A stretch of 64,000 nt of DNA from the human T2T-CHM13v2.0 reference genome, Homo sapiens: NCBI RefSeq assembly GCF_009914755.1, contig NC_060931.1; one strand, 5' to 3'. Below, one piece after another: positions 1-16,019 of this stretch. Position 1 is the first letter of the stretch, and every line of letters starts with the position of its first letter. Made by a program: the position numbers and the translations under genes. Under the pieces are notes generated by a model, which saw nothing but the letters and a program-made list of their open reading frames with translations, made no database searches and was not told the DNA's origin.

Positions 1-249
1 AGAAATACAAACGAACAGACAAGCACAATATAATACTCTAATAGGAGAAAACAGGGTGCATCGGTGTCAATTGGTGGGACACCAGGTCTTGACTGTGTGT
101 GGGGTGGGATAAAGGGAACTGCTGAGAGAAGTAATTTCTAAACTGAGTAAGTTAATCTGAGAGAAAGATGAGAAGTGCTCCAGATAGGGGGAGAATGTAC
201 AGTGGCTTGAAGGGCCCTTCTTTGTCACTCCTACCCAAAGAAAAGAAGA

Positions 250-1450
250 ATGACACATGCAGACAGTGGAAGGTATTTCAGGATAGCTAGAGCTTAGAGT
301 TTGAGGGCATGCATGTGATTGGTGGGTGGGGAATGAGGAGGAAAGTGTGGTTAGGGGAAATGGGGCAAGAGTTCAAGGGCCTTTTAAAGAATTTGGACTT
401 TATCCTAGAGTCAGCGAGTTACTCTTATAGGATTTTAAGCAGAGGAAATTATCCAACTTGGGATTGAGAAAATCATTCTGACCAATGTGGAAAGCAGATT
501 GGAGAATGACAACCCGAAGAAGACTAGTCAGTTCCCACCAATGTGGGAAATTTTAATGAGTTAAGTTTTACGTGATTTGAATTTTAGATGCCTGGAAACA
601 TGTGTGAAAGTTCTGGGTTTGGAGCTCAAGACAGACATTTAGTAGAGGTAAAGATGTGGATATCTGCAGCATGGGGAAGCCCAGGGCAAGTGAGGGAAGC
701 AGAGCCAACTCACTGGAGGAGTGCCAGCATTGAAAGGACGGATGGAAGGAGGGAAGCCTCAGAGGAGACTGCAGGGAGAGAAACGGAGAATCTAGCATCA
801 TGGTTGTCAATAGAAGAGAACATTGAAAGGAGGGAGTGGTTGAGTTAGATCAGATTCTGTTAGGACTGTTGGACTTATTATTGGGTGATCATTCTGGCGC
901 AGGTGAGGGCAGATGCTAGACTGCAAATGGGTCCAGAGTGAGTGGGAGATGAGGAATGAGCACAGGAGCTTGGAAACTCTTGGAAACACTTTGGCAGTGA
1001 AGGAGTAAGGAGAGAAGAGTGTTGTGCTTGCAGAGGTATGTAGGGTGAAAGGAGGATTTTGTCAACATTTTGTTAAGATGGGAGAGACGTAAGCGGCTTT
1101 AAATGTAGATGGGTAGCTTCTAATAGGGCCAAAGAGATTGAAGATAGAGGCCATGGAGGACCTGATCTAGGGCTTATGGGGTAATTCATAGAGCAAGGTC
1201 ATGAGAATGGGAAGAATTAAGCCCAAGCCACAATTCACAGGATTTATTTGATACAGAATTTACAGTTTTCTCATTATCAGAGGAGGAAAGTATGTGTGTA
1301 GAATGCATAGAAGATTGTGAGTATGGTACAAGAAGTAGAGAAAATCCACTTGCTTTGGTGTTCTCTGTGAAGCAAGAACTTGAATGATGCAAGGGATGTT
1401 ACAAGTCAGTTTGTAACTGCTGTCAAAGGTTCAGAAAGAAGAGCTAGATA
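250..1450 (-). mobile_element. Old LINE-2 fragments
   Basis: Purine-rich degenerate sequence with motifs typical of antisense L2 (gaatttggactttatcct, ggattttaagcagagg, tttggagctcaag). Boundaries approximate. Confidence 0.55.
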
Positions 1451-1561
1451 TTAAGGAAAGCCCGGTGGTCTAAGTAACTGTAGCCAACTTCCCAAGGATT
1501 GGGAATTGCTACTTATTAACAGTATTTTTTCCTTCCTTATTAGGTTTTATCACATATAAAT

Positions 1562-1576
1562 CCAGCAGGTGGCACT
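1562..1576 (+). promoter_or_regulatory. Candidate CTCF site in ANLN intron
   Basis: CCAGCAGGTGGCACT closely matches the CTCF core CC(A/G)(C/G)(C/T)AG(G/A)(T/G)GGC(A/G)C. Confidence 0.55.
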
Positions 1577-2849
1577 AGATAGTCTTGGAAGAGTGTAAAT
1601 TTCTGACTTGAAGGCAGTATTTGCCTAATGACCTTTTCTTTTCATGTAAACATTTTTATATTTTATTGTTGATGCCTTTAGCAATGGATAGGCTCTGTTA
1701 AGATAGCTGGTCCATTTGCATATAACGTCTCACCTAATTAGTTTTTTAGATGGGCTCTTAACGAGCTTGTTAGATCTCTTCAAGTTTACTCTGTCTTGAA
1801 TCCTGTAGCCCATTCTTCTCACATTCACACTTACAAAAATGTAGTAAGAAAGAGCTCTGGATTCCCCGACATAACTTCTGTCCTCTGCCTAAACATTGCA
1901 TTTTAATTGCCTCTACCCCCTATAAAAAATTAGAGGTAGTAATGGAAATGTAAGCTCCTCAGCTCAGCTTCCTTTCCTGATGTGCCAGGGCTGCCCTGGA
2001 GGAGGGCGACTCCAACCAAAGAGACAGGTAAGTGGTTCTGACAGGGTGCCGGGCTAGCTCTGCCTCCACTGAGGAGCAGCAAGAGGCAGGCGCTCTGGAT
2101 TGGCAGCCAGAAGGTTCAATTTTTGTGGTCTGTGTGATGTCACTTAATTTCCTTGGCCCTCTGTTTCCTCAGCTATAGAAATGAAAAGGCCGTCCTTTTC
2201 TTATTCCTCTCTGATTATAGTATGATGTCATAATAGCTGGTGTTAATCTTGTTTATCAAAAGTTACCTTGTCTGTTTATTACCTTTATGATGTAAAAGGT
2301 GAACGTTAACACAGGAGGGAGCTGGTGAGTGATTTGTGTTAACTTTCATGCTTGAGATTGAAATAACGACATTCCTTTCTTTCTTCCTTGGGGAGCTGTA
2401 AGCAGTGTTGCCTAGAAAAAGGCTGCTTTGGGAGGAAAATGGAAGGATTAGGGGAGGAGGAAAAAGGTGAGGCAGGAGAGCATATGGTTGGAGCAAGCCA
2501 ATTAATCTGAGGTGTCAATCTAGCTTGGTAACATTTGCTCCCACACGTCATGGCCAGAAATTAGACTCTTGATTCAAGCCACCTTTTGGGAAATTTACAT
2601 AAAACAGTGAATTGAGAAGAGTGTATATCCTATTGTCATAGGGTTGGAGTAAGGACTAGTTGAGATAATTTAAAAATACTTAGAGGAGTAGTTGAGATAA
2701 TTTAAAGATATGCTTAGAATGGTTCCTCACAGCAACAACCAAGTAATACTAGTTTATTCTTAGCTTCTCAACAATCAGAGAAGTAAAGTTGGAATATGAA
2801 GGTAATCTAAAATCAAACGCAAAGATGCCTTTGGATCATCTGTATCAGA

Positions 2850-3040
2850 GGGCAGCACAGCAGCCCTCACTGACTGTTTTTATAGTCTTTGATTGGAACA
2901 TAGGCTGATCTGCTTACTTAGCATCTGTGACTGCTTCTGTGCCACAGCAGCTGAGCTGAGTAGCTGTGGCAGGGACCGTATGGCCCAAAGTCTAAAATAT
3001 TTACTCTCTGGCCCTTATAGAAAAGGTTTCCCTGATCTAC
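2850..3040. mobile_element. MER58-like hAT-Charlie DNA transposon remnant
   Basis: Contains ttggaacata..., tatggcccaaagtctaaaatatttactctctggccctt, recalled as the MER58 consensus. Confidence 0.6.
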
Positions 3041-3076
3041 AGCATTGTTATGTTTTTACCTTGCTTTGTTCTTTAA

Positions 3077-3424
<348 letters not shown>

Positions 3425-4241
3425 TTTTTGTTTGTTGTTTTTTTTTTTTAAATTAAAAGTGAGGGCTTCTATATAGATTAGGGCTCTGTTATGACTATAA
3501 CTAAAAAATAGTGGGGGAAAAACTCTTAGCTTCTACTTACCCTGTTTAAGTGGAAGTGCTTCCGTGGAACAAAACCAGATGTTATTAGTTGCCTATTCTG
3601 GAGCCCTGTTTCTATCCAGCACTACTGCCTTGCCTACCTTTAGCATATAGCTAGCATCCCTAAGGACAAACGCCTGATGGCAGGGAGGCACCACTTCAAG
3701 CGTGTCTCACGGCCCAGCAGTGGGCTTGGAGTTTTGATGTTTATCATGGTTATTGACCAAGGCTTATGATCATAAGTTAACTCTTTTCTAATCCTGTTAG
3801 AAAACTTGATCTCCTGAATAAAGATTAAATGCCAGTCTTGCATATTAAGATAGGTTTAACTTAATATGTTATCATTAATTTTTTAAAATATATAAGGTAT
3901 GGTAATTTTGTATTATTAATTCTCCAACACTTGAGGCATTTCTGTTGTTTAAGGAGCATTTGATTAGGGACACTATACTTTTTAAAAGTCTTAAAGTAGG
4001 TAGAGGTATTTAATTTAGGGTTGATATCTGAATGTTTTTAAATGCTTGTAGATGATGTTGAAGTAAATTTCTGATATGAATAATCAGTGATTTTTATTAT
4101 TAAGATAAAAGACATGATAAAAAAACATACAAATAGGTTTTGAGATATGAAATATGTCAACATACTACAGTTAGTGTACAGAATCAGCATTTCATTGTTA
4201 GGACATTTTCCTCAACTTTCTAAAGCCAGCATTTCAACTGA

Positions 4242-4397
<156 letters not shown>

Positions 4398-4481
4398 TGA
4401 CTTTCGTGTAGTGTTCATGCAAATGTTCCCTCTGGCCCCCATCACTCACCCAAATTAATAACCCTTTTTGTGTACTCACTA

Positions 4482-4842
<361 letters not shown>

Positions 4843-5596
4843 TTAAAATTTTTATATCCTATCCATTCCCTATGATTTGACCACTCTTAAAATACCTTAA
4901 CATGTATATTTTTCCTTCTTTTCTACTGGATGTTTAATTATATTTTTTGTTGACATTTGAAGTTGGAAATGTTTTAAATTTAATTTTTTATCTTGTTAGT
5001 TAGGGTAAAACAGTAATGGAAACCCACCCACAGGAACAGTGGTTTGTATTTTGTTTCTAAAATTTAATAATAGGATTTTGTGTAATATATCATGTTTTTA
5101 AAGAAGTTAATATCATTGCCCAAGTAACATTATTTATTATCCCCAAACTGGAAAATAGAAATAAGCAGAATTAAAAAGGAAAATCATCCATAATAGACAT
5201 AGCTATTGTTCATATTTTGGTTAGATATGTTTTCAAACTTTTAAAATGTATAATATATAATAATTATTCATTTATGAATCTTTTTAAAAGGAAAAGCATG
5301 CTTTTTATAATCTGATTTTTTACTTGATAAAATATTCTAACATCTTTCAGCATCAGTAAAGATAAGTCTAATGCTGTGTTGGATAGCTATGTGTGTTACA
5401 CTGTAGTCATTACAATTATTAATATTTTAAAAATTTGTGAAATGTTTGAGACATCCAAAAGGGCGTAAAATAATTTCATCAACCTCTGTGTTATTATTCC
5501 AGTTGAAGCTCCCCATGTAATTCTCTCTCCCGCAGAGATAACTTCTACCCTAAAATTGTTTATTGTTCCCATGCACTTATTTAAATTTTTATTATA

Positions 5597-5860
5597 CAGA
5601 TTGAATATCCCTTATTCATAATCCTTGGGATTTAGAGGCGTTTCAGATTTGGGATTCTTTTTTTTTTTTTTTTTTTTTTTTTTTTCAGATTTTGGAATAT
5701 TTGCATTATACGTGCCAATTAATTATCTCCTAATCCAAAAATTCAAAATCTGAGATGCTCCAATGAGCATTTCCTTTGAGCATCATGTTGACTCTCAAAA
5801 AGTTTTGGATTTTGGAGCATTTCAGATTTCAAGATTTTCAGATTTTGGATGTTTAACCTG
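5597..5860. mobile_element. Tigger4/MER46-type TcMar MITE
   Basis: TIRs cagattgaatatcc ... ggatgtttaacctg flanked by TA on both sides. Interior aaatctgagatgctccaatgagcatttcctttgagc. Confidence 0.75.
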
Positions 5861-6867
5861 TACATGTATATAAACAATATATGTTGCTGCAATTGCATGT
5901 TTTTAAACATTATACAGATAATAACATATTGTATGTATTATTCTGCAACTTGCCTTTTTTGGGTCAGTATGGTTTGTGAAATTTGTCTGGGGTGGTATGT
6001 GTAGCTTTAGATTGTCCCCTCTTCTCTGTATAGTATACTTTTGTAAGAGCACATTACAATTTATCCATTCTCCTGTTTAGAGACCCTTAGATTATTTCTA
6101 AATTGTTGTATACAGACAATGCTGCTGTGATTCACTTTCTTCTCATTTTGTTTTGGTTTGTACCTTTTACAGCCCACATGCAGGAAGATTTAGTTTCTTG
6201 TACACATGGATGAGAGTTCTTTTTTGAATGTTACCTAGTAGCAGAATTGCTGGGTTGTAGGGTTTGCACATCTACAACTTGATTTTGTCAAATGAGTCTC
6301 AAAAGTGGTTGTACGATTTTCCATTCCCACCAGGAGTATTTGAAAGTTCTCAGCTTTTCATATTCCCACCAATACATCATATGTCAGCCTTTTAAACTTC
6401 CATCAGTATGATAGATGTGAAATATACTCTTATTTAAAAAAATTTTGTATCTTCTTGATTACTAGACTAAGTATCTTTTCTAAGCATAAGAGTGTGTATG
6501 GCCATTTATATTTTCTCTCGTATGAACTGATTGTCTCTATATTATTCATTTTAATATTTTTTGATGCATTGCAATTATATTTCCCTAGTCTTAGGCCTGG
6601 CGTATCTTTTAATTTATCTTTATAGTGTCTTTTCATGCACAGACTTTTCTAATGTTAAGGTAATCAGACCTGCTAGTCTATTGCTTTGTGCTTTTTAGGG
6701 TCTAATTTAAGAAACTATCCTTATCCTGGAGTCAAAGATTTCTTTTATACCTCTTTCTAAAGTTATAGAGTTTTATACTTCACATTTAATTTCCCTAGAA
6801 TTGATTTTTTTTTTCATCTGAATAACCAATTGGGCCAGCATCATTGAATGGTTTGTTCTTTCCCCAC

Positions 6868-7276
6868 TGTGTTAGGCCATTCTTGCATTGCTATGAAGAA
6901 ATACCCAAGACTGGGTAATTTTTAAATTGGCTCCTGATTCTGCAGGCTGTACTGGAAGCATGATGCTGGCATCTGCTTAGCTTCTGGGGAGGCCTCAGGG
7001 CGCTTTTACTCACAGCAAAAGATGAAGTGGGAGCAGGTACATCACATGGTAAAAGCAGGAGCGAGCGAGCGAGCAAGTGAGCAAGGGGAGGTGCCAAACA
7101 TTTTTAAACAATCAGTTCATGCGAGAACTCATTCACTATTGTGAGGACAGCACCAAGGGGATTTCTTGAGAAATCCGCCTGCATGATCCAGTCACCTCCC
7201 AGTAGGCCCCACCTCCAACACTGGGGATTACAATTCAACATGAGATCTGGGTGAAGACAAATATCAAAACTGTATC
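6868..7276 (-). mobile_element. MST (MaLR) solo LTR
   Basis: tgtgttaggccattcttgcattgctatgaagaaatacc ... ggattacaattcaacatgagat ... actgtatca. Confidence 0.8.
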
Positions 7277-7459
7277 ATTCACTGATCCACAATGCCATTT
7301 CTCATGTGTATCAAGATGTCATTATATGTGTAGGTTTATTTTTAGGCTCACGGTTCTGTTTCCTTTGGTCTGTTTCCCTATCCCAATCTCAATGACCGTA
7401 GCTTTAAAATAAATCTTAATGTCTGCTAAGGCCAGTCTCCTAACTTATGGAGTAATGTA

Positions 7460-8410
<951 letters not shown>

Positions 8411-8507
8411 TATGACTATTCTTGGTCCTTGCTTTTTCCATACACTGCTGCACACACACACACCCCCTGCCATCACCTCATGGAAATATATATACATATA
8501 TGTTTCA

Positions 8508-8811
8508 CTTTTTTCTTTTCTTTTTTTTTGAGACAGGGTCTCGCTCTGTTGCCCAGGCTGGAGTGCAGTGGCACGATCTCGGCTCACTGCAACCTTTGCC
8601 TCCTGGGCTCAAGCGATTCTCTGCCTCAGCCTCCCGAGTAGCTGGGACTACAGGCAAGCGCCACCACGCACGGCTAGTTTTTGTATTTTCAGTAGAGATG
8701 GGGTTTCACCATGTTGGCCAGGCTGGTCTCAAACTACTGAGCTCAAAGGTATCCGCCTGCCTCCACCTCCTGAAGTGTTGATATTACAGGCATGAGTCAC
8801 TGCACCCAGCC
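8508..8811 (-). mobile_element. AluS
   Basis: Antisense Alu dimer. Confidence 0.9.
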
Positions 8812-10122
8812 CTGTTTTGCATTTTACAGTTGAAAATGTTCAAATGTACACAAAGCAAAAATAGTATAATGAACTTTCAGCTTAATTAATTATTCGTTTT
8901 CAGGTTTCATTTATCTCCCCACAACACACATGCATTTTTGTTTTGTTTTGTTGCTTTGCTAGGGTGTTTTAAAGCAAATACCAGAATTTATATTCTGTCA
9001 TTTCTAGGTTGCAGGTCTTAAGTGTTGGCAAATGCCCCAAGGGAAGTCAGGGTTTCAGACTAGCTTACTATTCTTCATTCTCCCTTGCTCATTGATTTTG
9101 GCCTTTGAAGGATTTTTCTACTTTCTTGTCAATTTAATTATCTAGCATTTGGCGGCTTATATAATGGGAGGATTTTCAGACTATTTAATGTATCATATTT
9201 GCTGGAAACAATACCATGATTTATTTAAATAGTCCCCTATTACTGTCATTGAATTTGTTTGGAATTTTTTGCTATTATGAAAAAACAGTGACTACACATA
9301 TTAGAATCTGTGTGTGCATATTTATATATTTGCTTCGGATAAATTTAGGTGAAACTGTAGGATCAGAAAATGCTCATTGTTAATGGTTTTTGATTACTGT
9401 TATCAGGTTGCCTACGAGTAATAGATCATATTATACTTTCACCAGTGATGCATAAGAAACTGTATTACTCACTCCCTAACCAATCAACAGAGGTTGTTAC
9501 TGTTTTTTCCAGACTTAGCCAATCTAAGGTTTTAAATTGGTATGTTCTATTTTTATTTTTAAAAATTCTAATAGAGTTGACACACTTATTGGCTGTTGGC
9601 TCATGTGTGCCTATATGTGTTTCTTTTCCCATTTTCAGGACCATTTGGTCTCGTGAATGTTTTCCTCCACTTTGACTCGTATCATAGGAATTCATGGCTG
9701 CCAACAATCCAGGGCAGTTGTCTGCCCTTATCTTTTATAGATATATAAAGAAATATTTACACATGAAATCCAATGTCTAGGTTTCCTTTTATAGAAAGGG
9801 GAGAAGTGGGTAAGTTGTAGATAAAAGGCACTTGAGTGTGTTTCTCATTGTTATAGCTGGTTTTGGTACCTGGGGCTCATTATACTGTTGTTTGTATTTT
9901 TTATTTGAAGTTCACCATAATAAAGAGCTTTATAGGATAGTTGGCAAGAGCTACCAGTTGATATTTTTGGGTTTTATTTTTATGTCTAGCTAGGAACAAT
10001 AATAAATGTTAAATATGTTTCTCTAAGCCCAGTGTAACTAAATTTTAACTTTTAAATAATAGCTTTTTAATATTTAATTTGTACCAACTTAAATGCTGCT
10101 TAATGCTTACTGACTTAAATAG

Positions 10123-10374
<252 letters not shown>

Positions 10375-11859
10375 TGATTGCCCACTATGTACTTACCACT
10401 ATGAGAAATATCACAGATGGTCCTTGACGTTGAAAAGGGCACAGCCTTAGTGAGAAAACAAAACACACACAAAGCAGTAAGTGAACCATCTATAATAACT
10501 AAATTAATGTAGTTAAGGAAAGTATAATACTCAGGTTGTATCTTAGCTAATGTTTTCCAGTATGCTCACAGTGGAGGCATTTTCATGGCAGTTAGATAAT
10601 AATCTTTGGGTTAAGTTTAAAGATTTCATGCGTAGTTGAGGAGTCAAGCATTATTCAAAGAGACTTTACACATCCCTTCCTTCCATTCCCAGAATACCCT
10701 CGTGTAATCAGATGACTCACAGAAACAATCTCATTCTATTCTGCAAATTTCTGGATGGAGATTAACAGAATAAAACTTTTGGGAGTGCCCCTTTTTTAAT
10801 TAACCCTGATCTCAAGTGTAAGATACGAAGGCTTATTGCTAGGATTCTAAGATAGGTTTCTTTGCTTGGATGCCTAAGAGAAGCTTGAAGACCAACTTCA
10901 GTGTACAGAGTTGTCATTAGGGACAAAAGTTAGAATTTGATAAGATGTTTGGTAATTAGGCTGTTGCTGGATATTGCAGATGGGGGGAGATTGGTAGGAC
11001 TAGCTTTATGAGTTTCTAATGTGAAAATATTAGAAAGCTACAGCCAGGAGACACAATACTAAAATAGAACAAAGTTGCCCAGAGACTGCCGATTTGTTTT
11101 AAAATAGCTAGATAGAGGACTCATTTGATGGAAATTTTTGATGTCTAGATTACTTCCAGATTTATTCATTTTAACTCAATTATTTCAGGGGCCTTCTATG
11201 CAGTGGTGGAATCAGACAGGGCAGGACAGGCAAAATGGATTTCTAATCATTTTGTTTGATAGCGACGTGTCCATGGTCACGGTCAGTGGAGGAACCAACC
11301 AAAGTGCAGTATCCAAATAGTTCCTGACCACAGCGGCCCACTTCAGCCATTTTGAATATCACTTACATTTTTTTGTATAACCTTATTTTTTACTGGTTGC
11401 GTAAACTCTCTTAGACTTCTCCGTAGACCTTCCCCTGTGATAAAAATAGCAGATTACATGTTGCTTTAATTACTCTGTACCTCATGTACTTGTAGTCTTT
11501 CTCACTATAAAATTATAACTTGGATGGGTACCCTTCGCCCAAGCATATGAGAGTAGTACATTCTCAATTCAGTCTTGGCTGAGTCTTCAGCTTTGCTTGG
11601 TGACCTAAAATTTATTTTACTTTTTTGATGGTGAGAATATAAACATTCTGCAGTTCTGCATTCTCCTTTGCCTCACTGATGTGTTTCCTTACGGGGCCTT
11701 GGGCCTTTTGGACTTAGGCCTTTTACTTGAATTTAATGTACCTCATTTTCATTTCTACTAACTAAGCTTGTTGTCAATGCTAAAGATTTTTCTTCTGATC
11801 TCTACTGCATACTTCAAAATAGAGACTACACATTGAAACCAGAATGTTTTATCACATGG

Positions 11860-12145
11860 GGAGGCAGTAGTTACAGTGGAGCTTTGAAGTCAACGGACTT
11901 AAGTTTAAATCCTGACTCATCAAATGTAACCATGGCAGGTCACTTAACTTTGCTGGCCCTCTGAAATCTTTTGTGTCAAAAAGGAAAAATAACCTCCACA
12001 GTGACTAGAGATTTTTTTTATTTTTATTAGCCTCTTGAACCAGAATAGGTTCACAGAGACTTCAGACAACAGAGATGAATGAGTAAACACACTTAGCACA
12101 GTTTCCAGTACATGGAATGAGCTTAACAAGTGGTGGCTATTATAA
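11860..12145 (+). mobile_element. MIR
   Basis: tttaaatcctgact..ggcaggtcacttaac..gtaaacacacttagcacagtttccagtaca, MIR core and 3' end. Confidence 0.6.
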
Positions 12146-12905
12146 GTGCAGTATTTTCTTCATTGACTACCAGAAGGTGGTAAACTTCACTTATTCATGT
12201 TTACACCATTTCTAGTACCAATGGGGAGAACTTAAAAAGTTGTAGAATGAGTGCAATATAAAAACCTAATGGCTGGCTGTTCTCTGGAAGCATGTTCTGG
12301 CTATGAGGTAGGGAATCCCCCCTTCCTTACTCTGGCCTGCCCCATCAACTAGTTATTTAGTCAACTTGTAGCTAAATATGGATGAAAGGAAAATATTCCT
12401 AATATGGACAGAGAGGTTAGGATAGACAAAGTCTTAGGATCTTTTGATAGTTTATTTTAAAATCATGTTCTACTAATATAGTAGGACAAATCTAATGGGA
12501 CACAGTGCAAACTAATATTACCTGTAGAGCCAGGTGAAGGTCCATGGGTCTGTGATTGCAGCTTTTGGAGAACCTGACTCTGAAGGTTATATTGGGAGTG
12601 CCCATATTCAGGGAGTGCCTATAATCAGGCCTTAGGTGCTCTTGCAGAGAAGTTGCCCACACTCAGTGGGTGTCCTATACCATCAGGTTACCCAGGCCGC
12701 ACACTACCTGTATAAAACACCTGTTGGAAACACCATCCTTTACCAAGTGTAATTAGTGTAAGTTAGCATCAATTAACCAAACTGGGGATAATTTTCCTCT
12801 GTTTTATTTGGAGATGCACCTCACTAAGTGGCTGTGGATTAGCATCCATAAAAGGTGGTTAAAGGTAATTCATTTACTGGTTTATTTAGTCATTTTTTTC
12901 CCTAG

Positions 12906-13097
<192 letters not shown>

Positions 13098-14287
13098 ACC
13101 GGGAAATTTCCATGCTATCTAGAGGTTTTTGATGTCATCTTAAGAAACACACTTAAGAGCATCAGATTTACTGATTGCATTTTATGCTTTAAGTACGAAA
13201 GGGTTTGTGCCAATATTCACTACGTATTATGCAGTATTTATATCTTTTGTATGTAAAACTTTAACTGATTTCTGTCATTCATCAATGAGTAGAAGTAAAT
13301 ACATTATAGTTGATTTTGCTAAATCTTAATTTAAAAGCCTCATTTTCCTAGAAATCTAATTATTCAGTTATTCATGACAATATTTTTTTAAAAGTAAGAA
13401 ATTCTGAGTTGTCTTCTTGGAGCTGTAGGTCTTGAAGCAGCAACGTCTTTCAGGGGTTGGAGACAGAAACCCATTCTCCAATCTCAGTAGTTTTTTCGAA
13501 AGGCTGTGATCATTTATTGATCGTGATATGACTTGTTACTAGGGTACTGAAAAAAATGTCTAAGGCCTTTACAGAAACATTTTTAGTAATGAGGATGAGA
13601 ACTTTTTCAAATAGCAAATATATATTGGCTTAAAGCATGAGGCTGTCTTCAGAAAAGTGATGTGGACATAGGAGGCAATGTGTGAGACTTGGGGGTTCAA
13701 TATTTTATATAGAAGAGTTAATAAGCACATGGTTTACATTTACTCAGCTACTATATATGCAGTGTGGTGCACATTTTCACAGAATTCTGGCTTCATTAAG
13801 ATCATTATTTTTGCTGCGTAGCTTACAGACTTAGCATATTAGTTTTTTCTACTCCTACAAGTGTAAATTGAAAAATCTTTATATTAAAAAAGTAAACTGT
13901 TATGAAGCTGCTATGTACTAATAATACTTTGCTTGCCAAAGTGTTTGGGTTTTGTTGTTGTTTGTTTGTTTGTTTGTTTTTGGTTCATGAACAACAGTGT
14001 CTAGAAACCCATTTTGAAAGTGGAAAATTATTAAGTCACCTATCACCTTTAAACGCCTTTTTTTAAAATTATAAAATATTGTAAAGCAGGGTCTCAACTT
14101 TTAAATACACTTTGAACTTCTTCTCTGAATTATTAAAGTTCTTTATGACCTCATTTATAAACACTAAATTCTGTCACCTCCTGTCATTTTATTTTTTATT
14201 CATTCAAATGTATTTTTTCTTGTGCATATTATAAAAATATATTTTATGAGCTCTTACTCAAATAAATACCTGTAAATGTCTAAAGGA
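13098..14287 (+). other. ANLN: ANLN 3'UTR (~1.2 kb, AU-rich, free of interspersed repeats)
   Basis: Runs from the stop codon to about 20 nt past AATAAA (14261-14266). A GU-rich tract (gttgtttagg, tgtttcaatgtgtgg) lies downstream. The cleavage site is inferred. Confidence 0.85.
14261..14266 (+). terminator. Polyadenylation signal AATAAA
   Basis: Canonical hexamer with a U-rich upstream region. Weaker ATTAAA hexamers at 13883 and 14132. Confidence 0.85.
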
Positions 14288-15110
14288 ATCAGTTGTTTAG
14301 GAAGCACTGTTTCAATGTGTGGCATGGTTGCTCTGCATCCCTGGGCTGGGAGCTTCTTGAGGGTACTGTGCTGACAATGTCTCATCCATCTTTTTCTCTC
14401 TACCCAGTTTGGCTTATTGTGTGTTCTTAGGGCTGCTATTGAATGCATAAGTGAATGAAGGATCTATTTCTGAGGCATTTCAACTGAATATGGTAATTGG
14501 ATGTGCATTTGAGGATAGGGAGTATAATTCCCAAGTCTTTAGCAGATACTGAATGGATGAGTGATATCATCAGCCAAACAGGGAATAGGTTTGATGGGAC
14601 TGATAAGAAGGTCCCTTGTATTTATTTATAGACTTGCATTTATTTTTGAGTAGGCATTAAAGGGCACAAAAGCTTGGTACAAAATTCAGAATGCATAAAG
14701 AAGGTAAAGTTAAAAAGCAAGTCTTTTCCTACTGTCATAACTACTTTTACCAATGTTTATGTCCTGCCAGAGGCCACTACACATATTGCATACAAATATT
14801 TATATTCTTCTGTTCATAAAAATATTCTATACATACCATTTATTGTAAGTTAAACAAAAAGTATAACAGTATTCCTTAGAGATCATCTAAATATATAGAT
14901 AGTATTTATAAAATTCAACTTTAGAAGAAATTTAGCTTAAGGTGATTGTGGGACCTCAAGCTAGAAATACTCCGTAAACAGTAGAAAATGTCACTCTGAA
15001 GATTTCCAGTGTCATCTGCCTAAGGGGGATTGTTGAAACTATTGGAGTGAATAAGATCATCCAGGGAATATGATGTGGGAAGAGAAGAAAGAGAAAAAAG
15101 AACACTGTTC

Positions 15111-15409
<299 letters not shown>

Positions 15410-15516
15410 TGAACACTGTTCTTAAGGGGAAAAGTAGAAAAGACAAGTCTAATGATTGTCTTCTATGAAAGAAAAACAAGAATGGTGTCTGGTGAGACCA
15501 AAGAAGAAAAGATTTT

Positions 15517-15774
15517 GGCCAGGTACGGTGGCTCACACCTGTAATCCCAGCGCTTTGGGAGGCTGAGGTGGGTGGATGACCTGAAGTGAGGAGTTTGAGA
15601 CCAGCCTGGCCAACATGGTGAAACCTTGTCTCTACCAAAAATATAAAAAATTAGCTGGGCATGGTGGTGCGTGCCTGTAATCCCAACTACTTGGGAGGCT
15701 AAGGCAGGAGAATCACTTGAACCCAGAAGGCAGAGGCTGCAGTGAGCCGAGACTGTCTCAAAAAAAAAAAAAAA
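15517..15774 (+). mobile_element. AluS with a deletion near its 3' end
   Basis: Sense Alu. gagccgagactgtctc lacks ~35 nt of the right arm. Confidence 0.9.
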
Positions 15775-16019
15775 GATTCTGACCACAAAATCATAAAGCA
15801 GAATAAAGAAAATGTGAATTGAAATTTGGAGCAGTCAGTTGAACAAAATGGTTCAGATAAAAAATCAGATTACAATAAAATCTGTATGGAAAAAGAATGA
15901 CAGAATTGATTGCGTTAAAAAATCTGATAAATATCTAGAGTCAAAACACTAAGCAACAGACAAAGGGAGAATATTTATAACATATTTAATAAGGCATTGA
16001 TAAAAAACAGAGCTCCTAT

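Larger units (their letters stand above)
5400..7440 (-). mobile_element. Old L1M (L1MC/ME-type) 3' fragments, interrupted by younger elements
   Basis: Degenerate L1 3' motifs (agaattgctggg, cattcccaccagg, tttaatttccctagaattgatttt). Confidence 0.55.

Noticed and set aside
2657-2706. Short direct repeat tagttgagataatttaaa x2
   Set aside because: An ordinary ~31-bp slippage duplication with two copies only. Not CRISPR-like.
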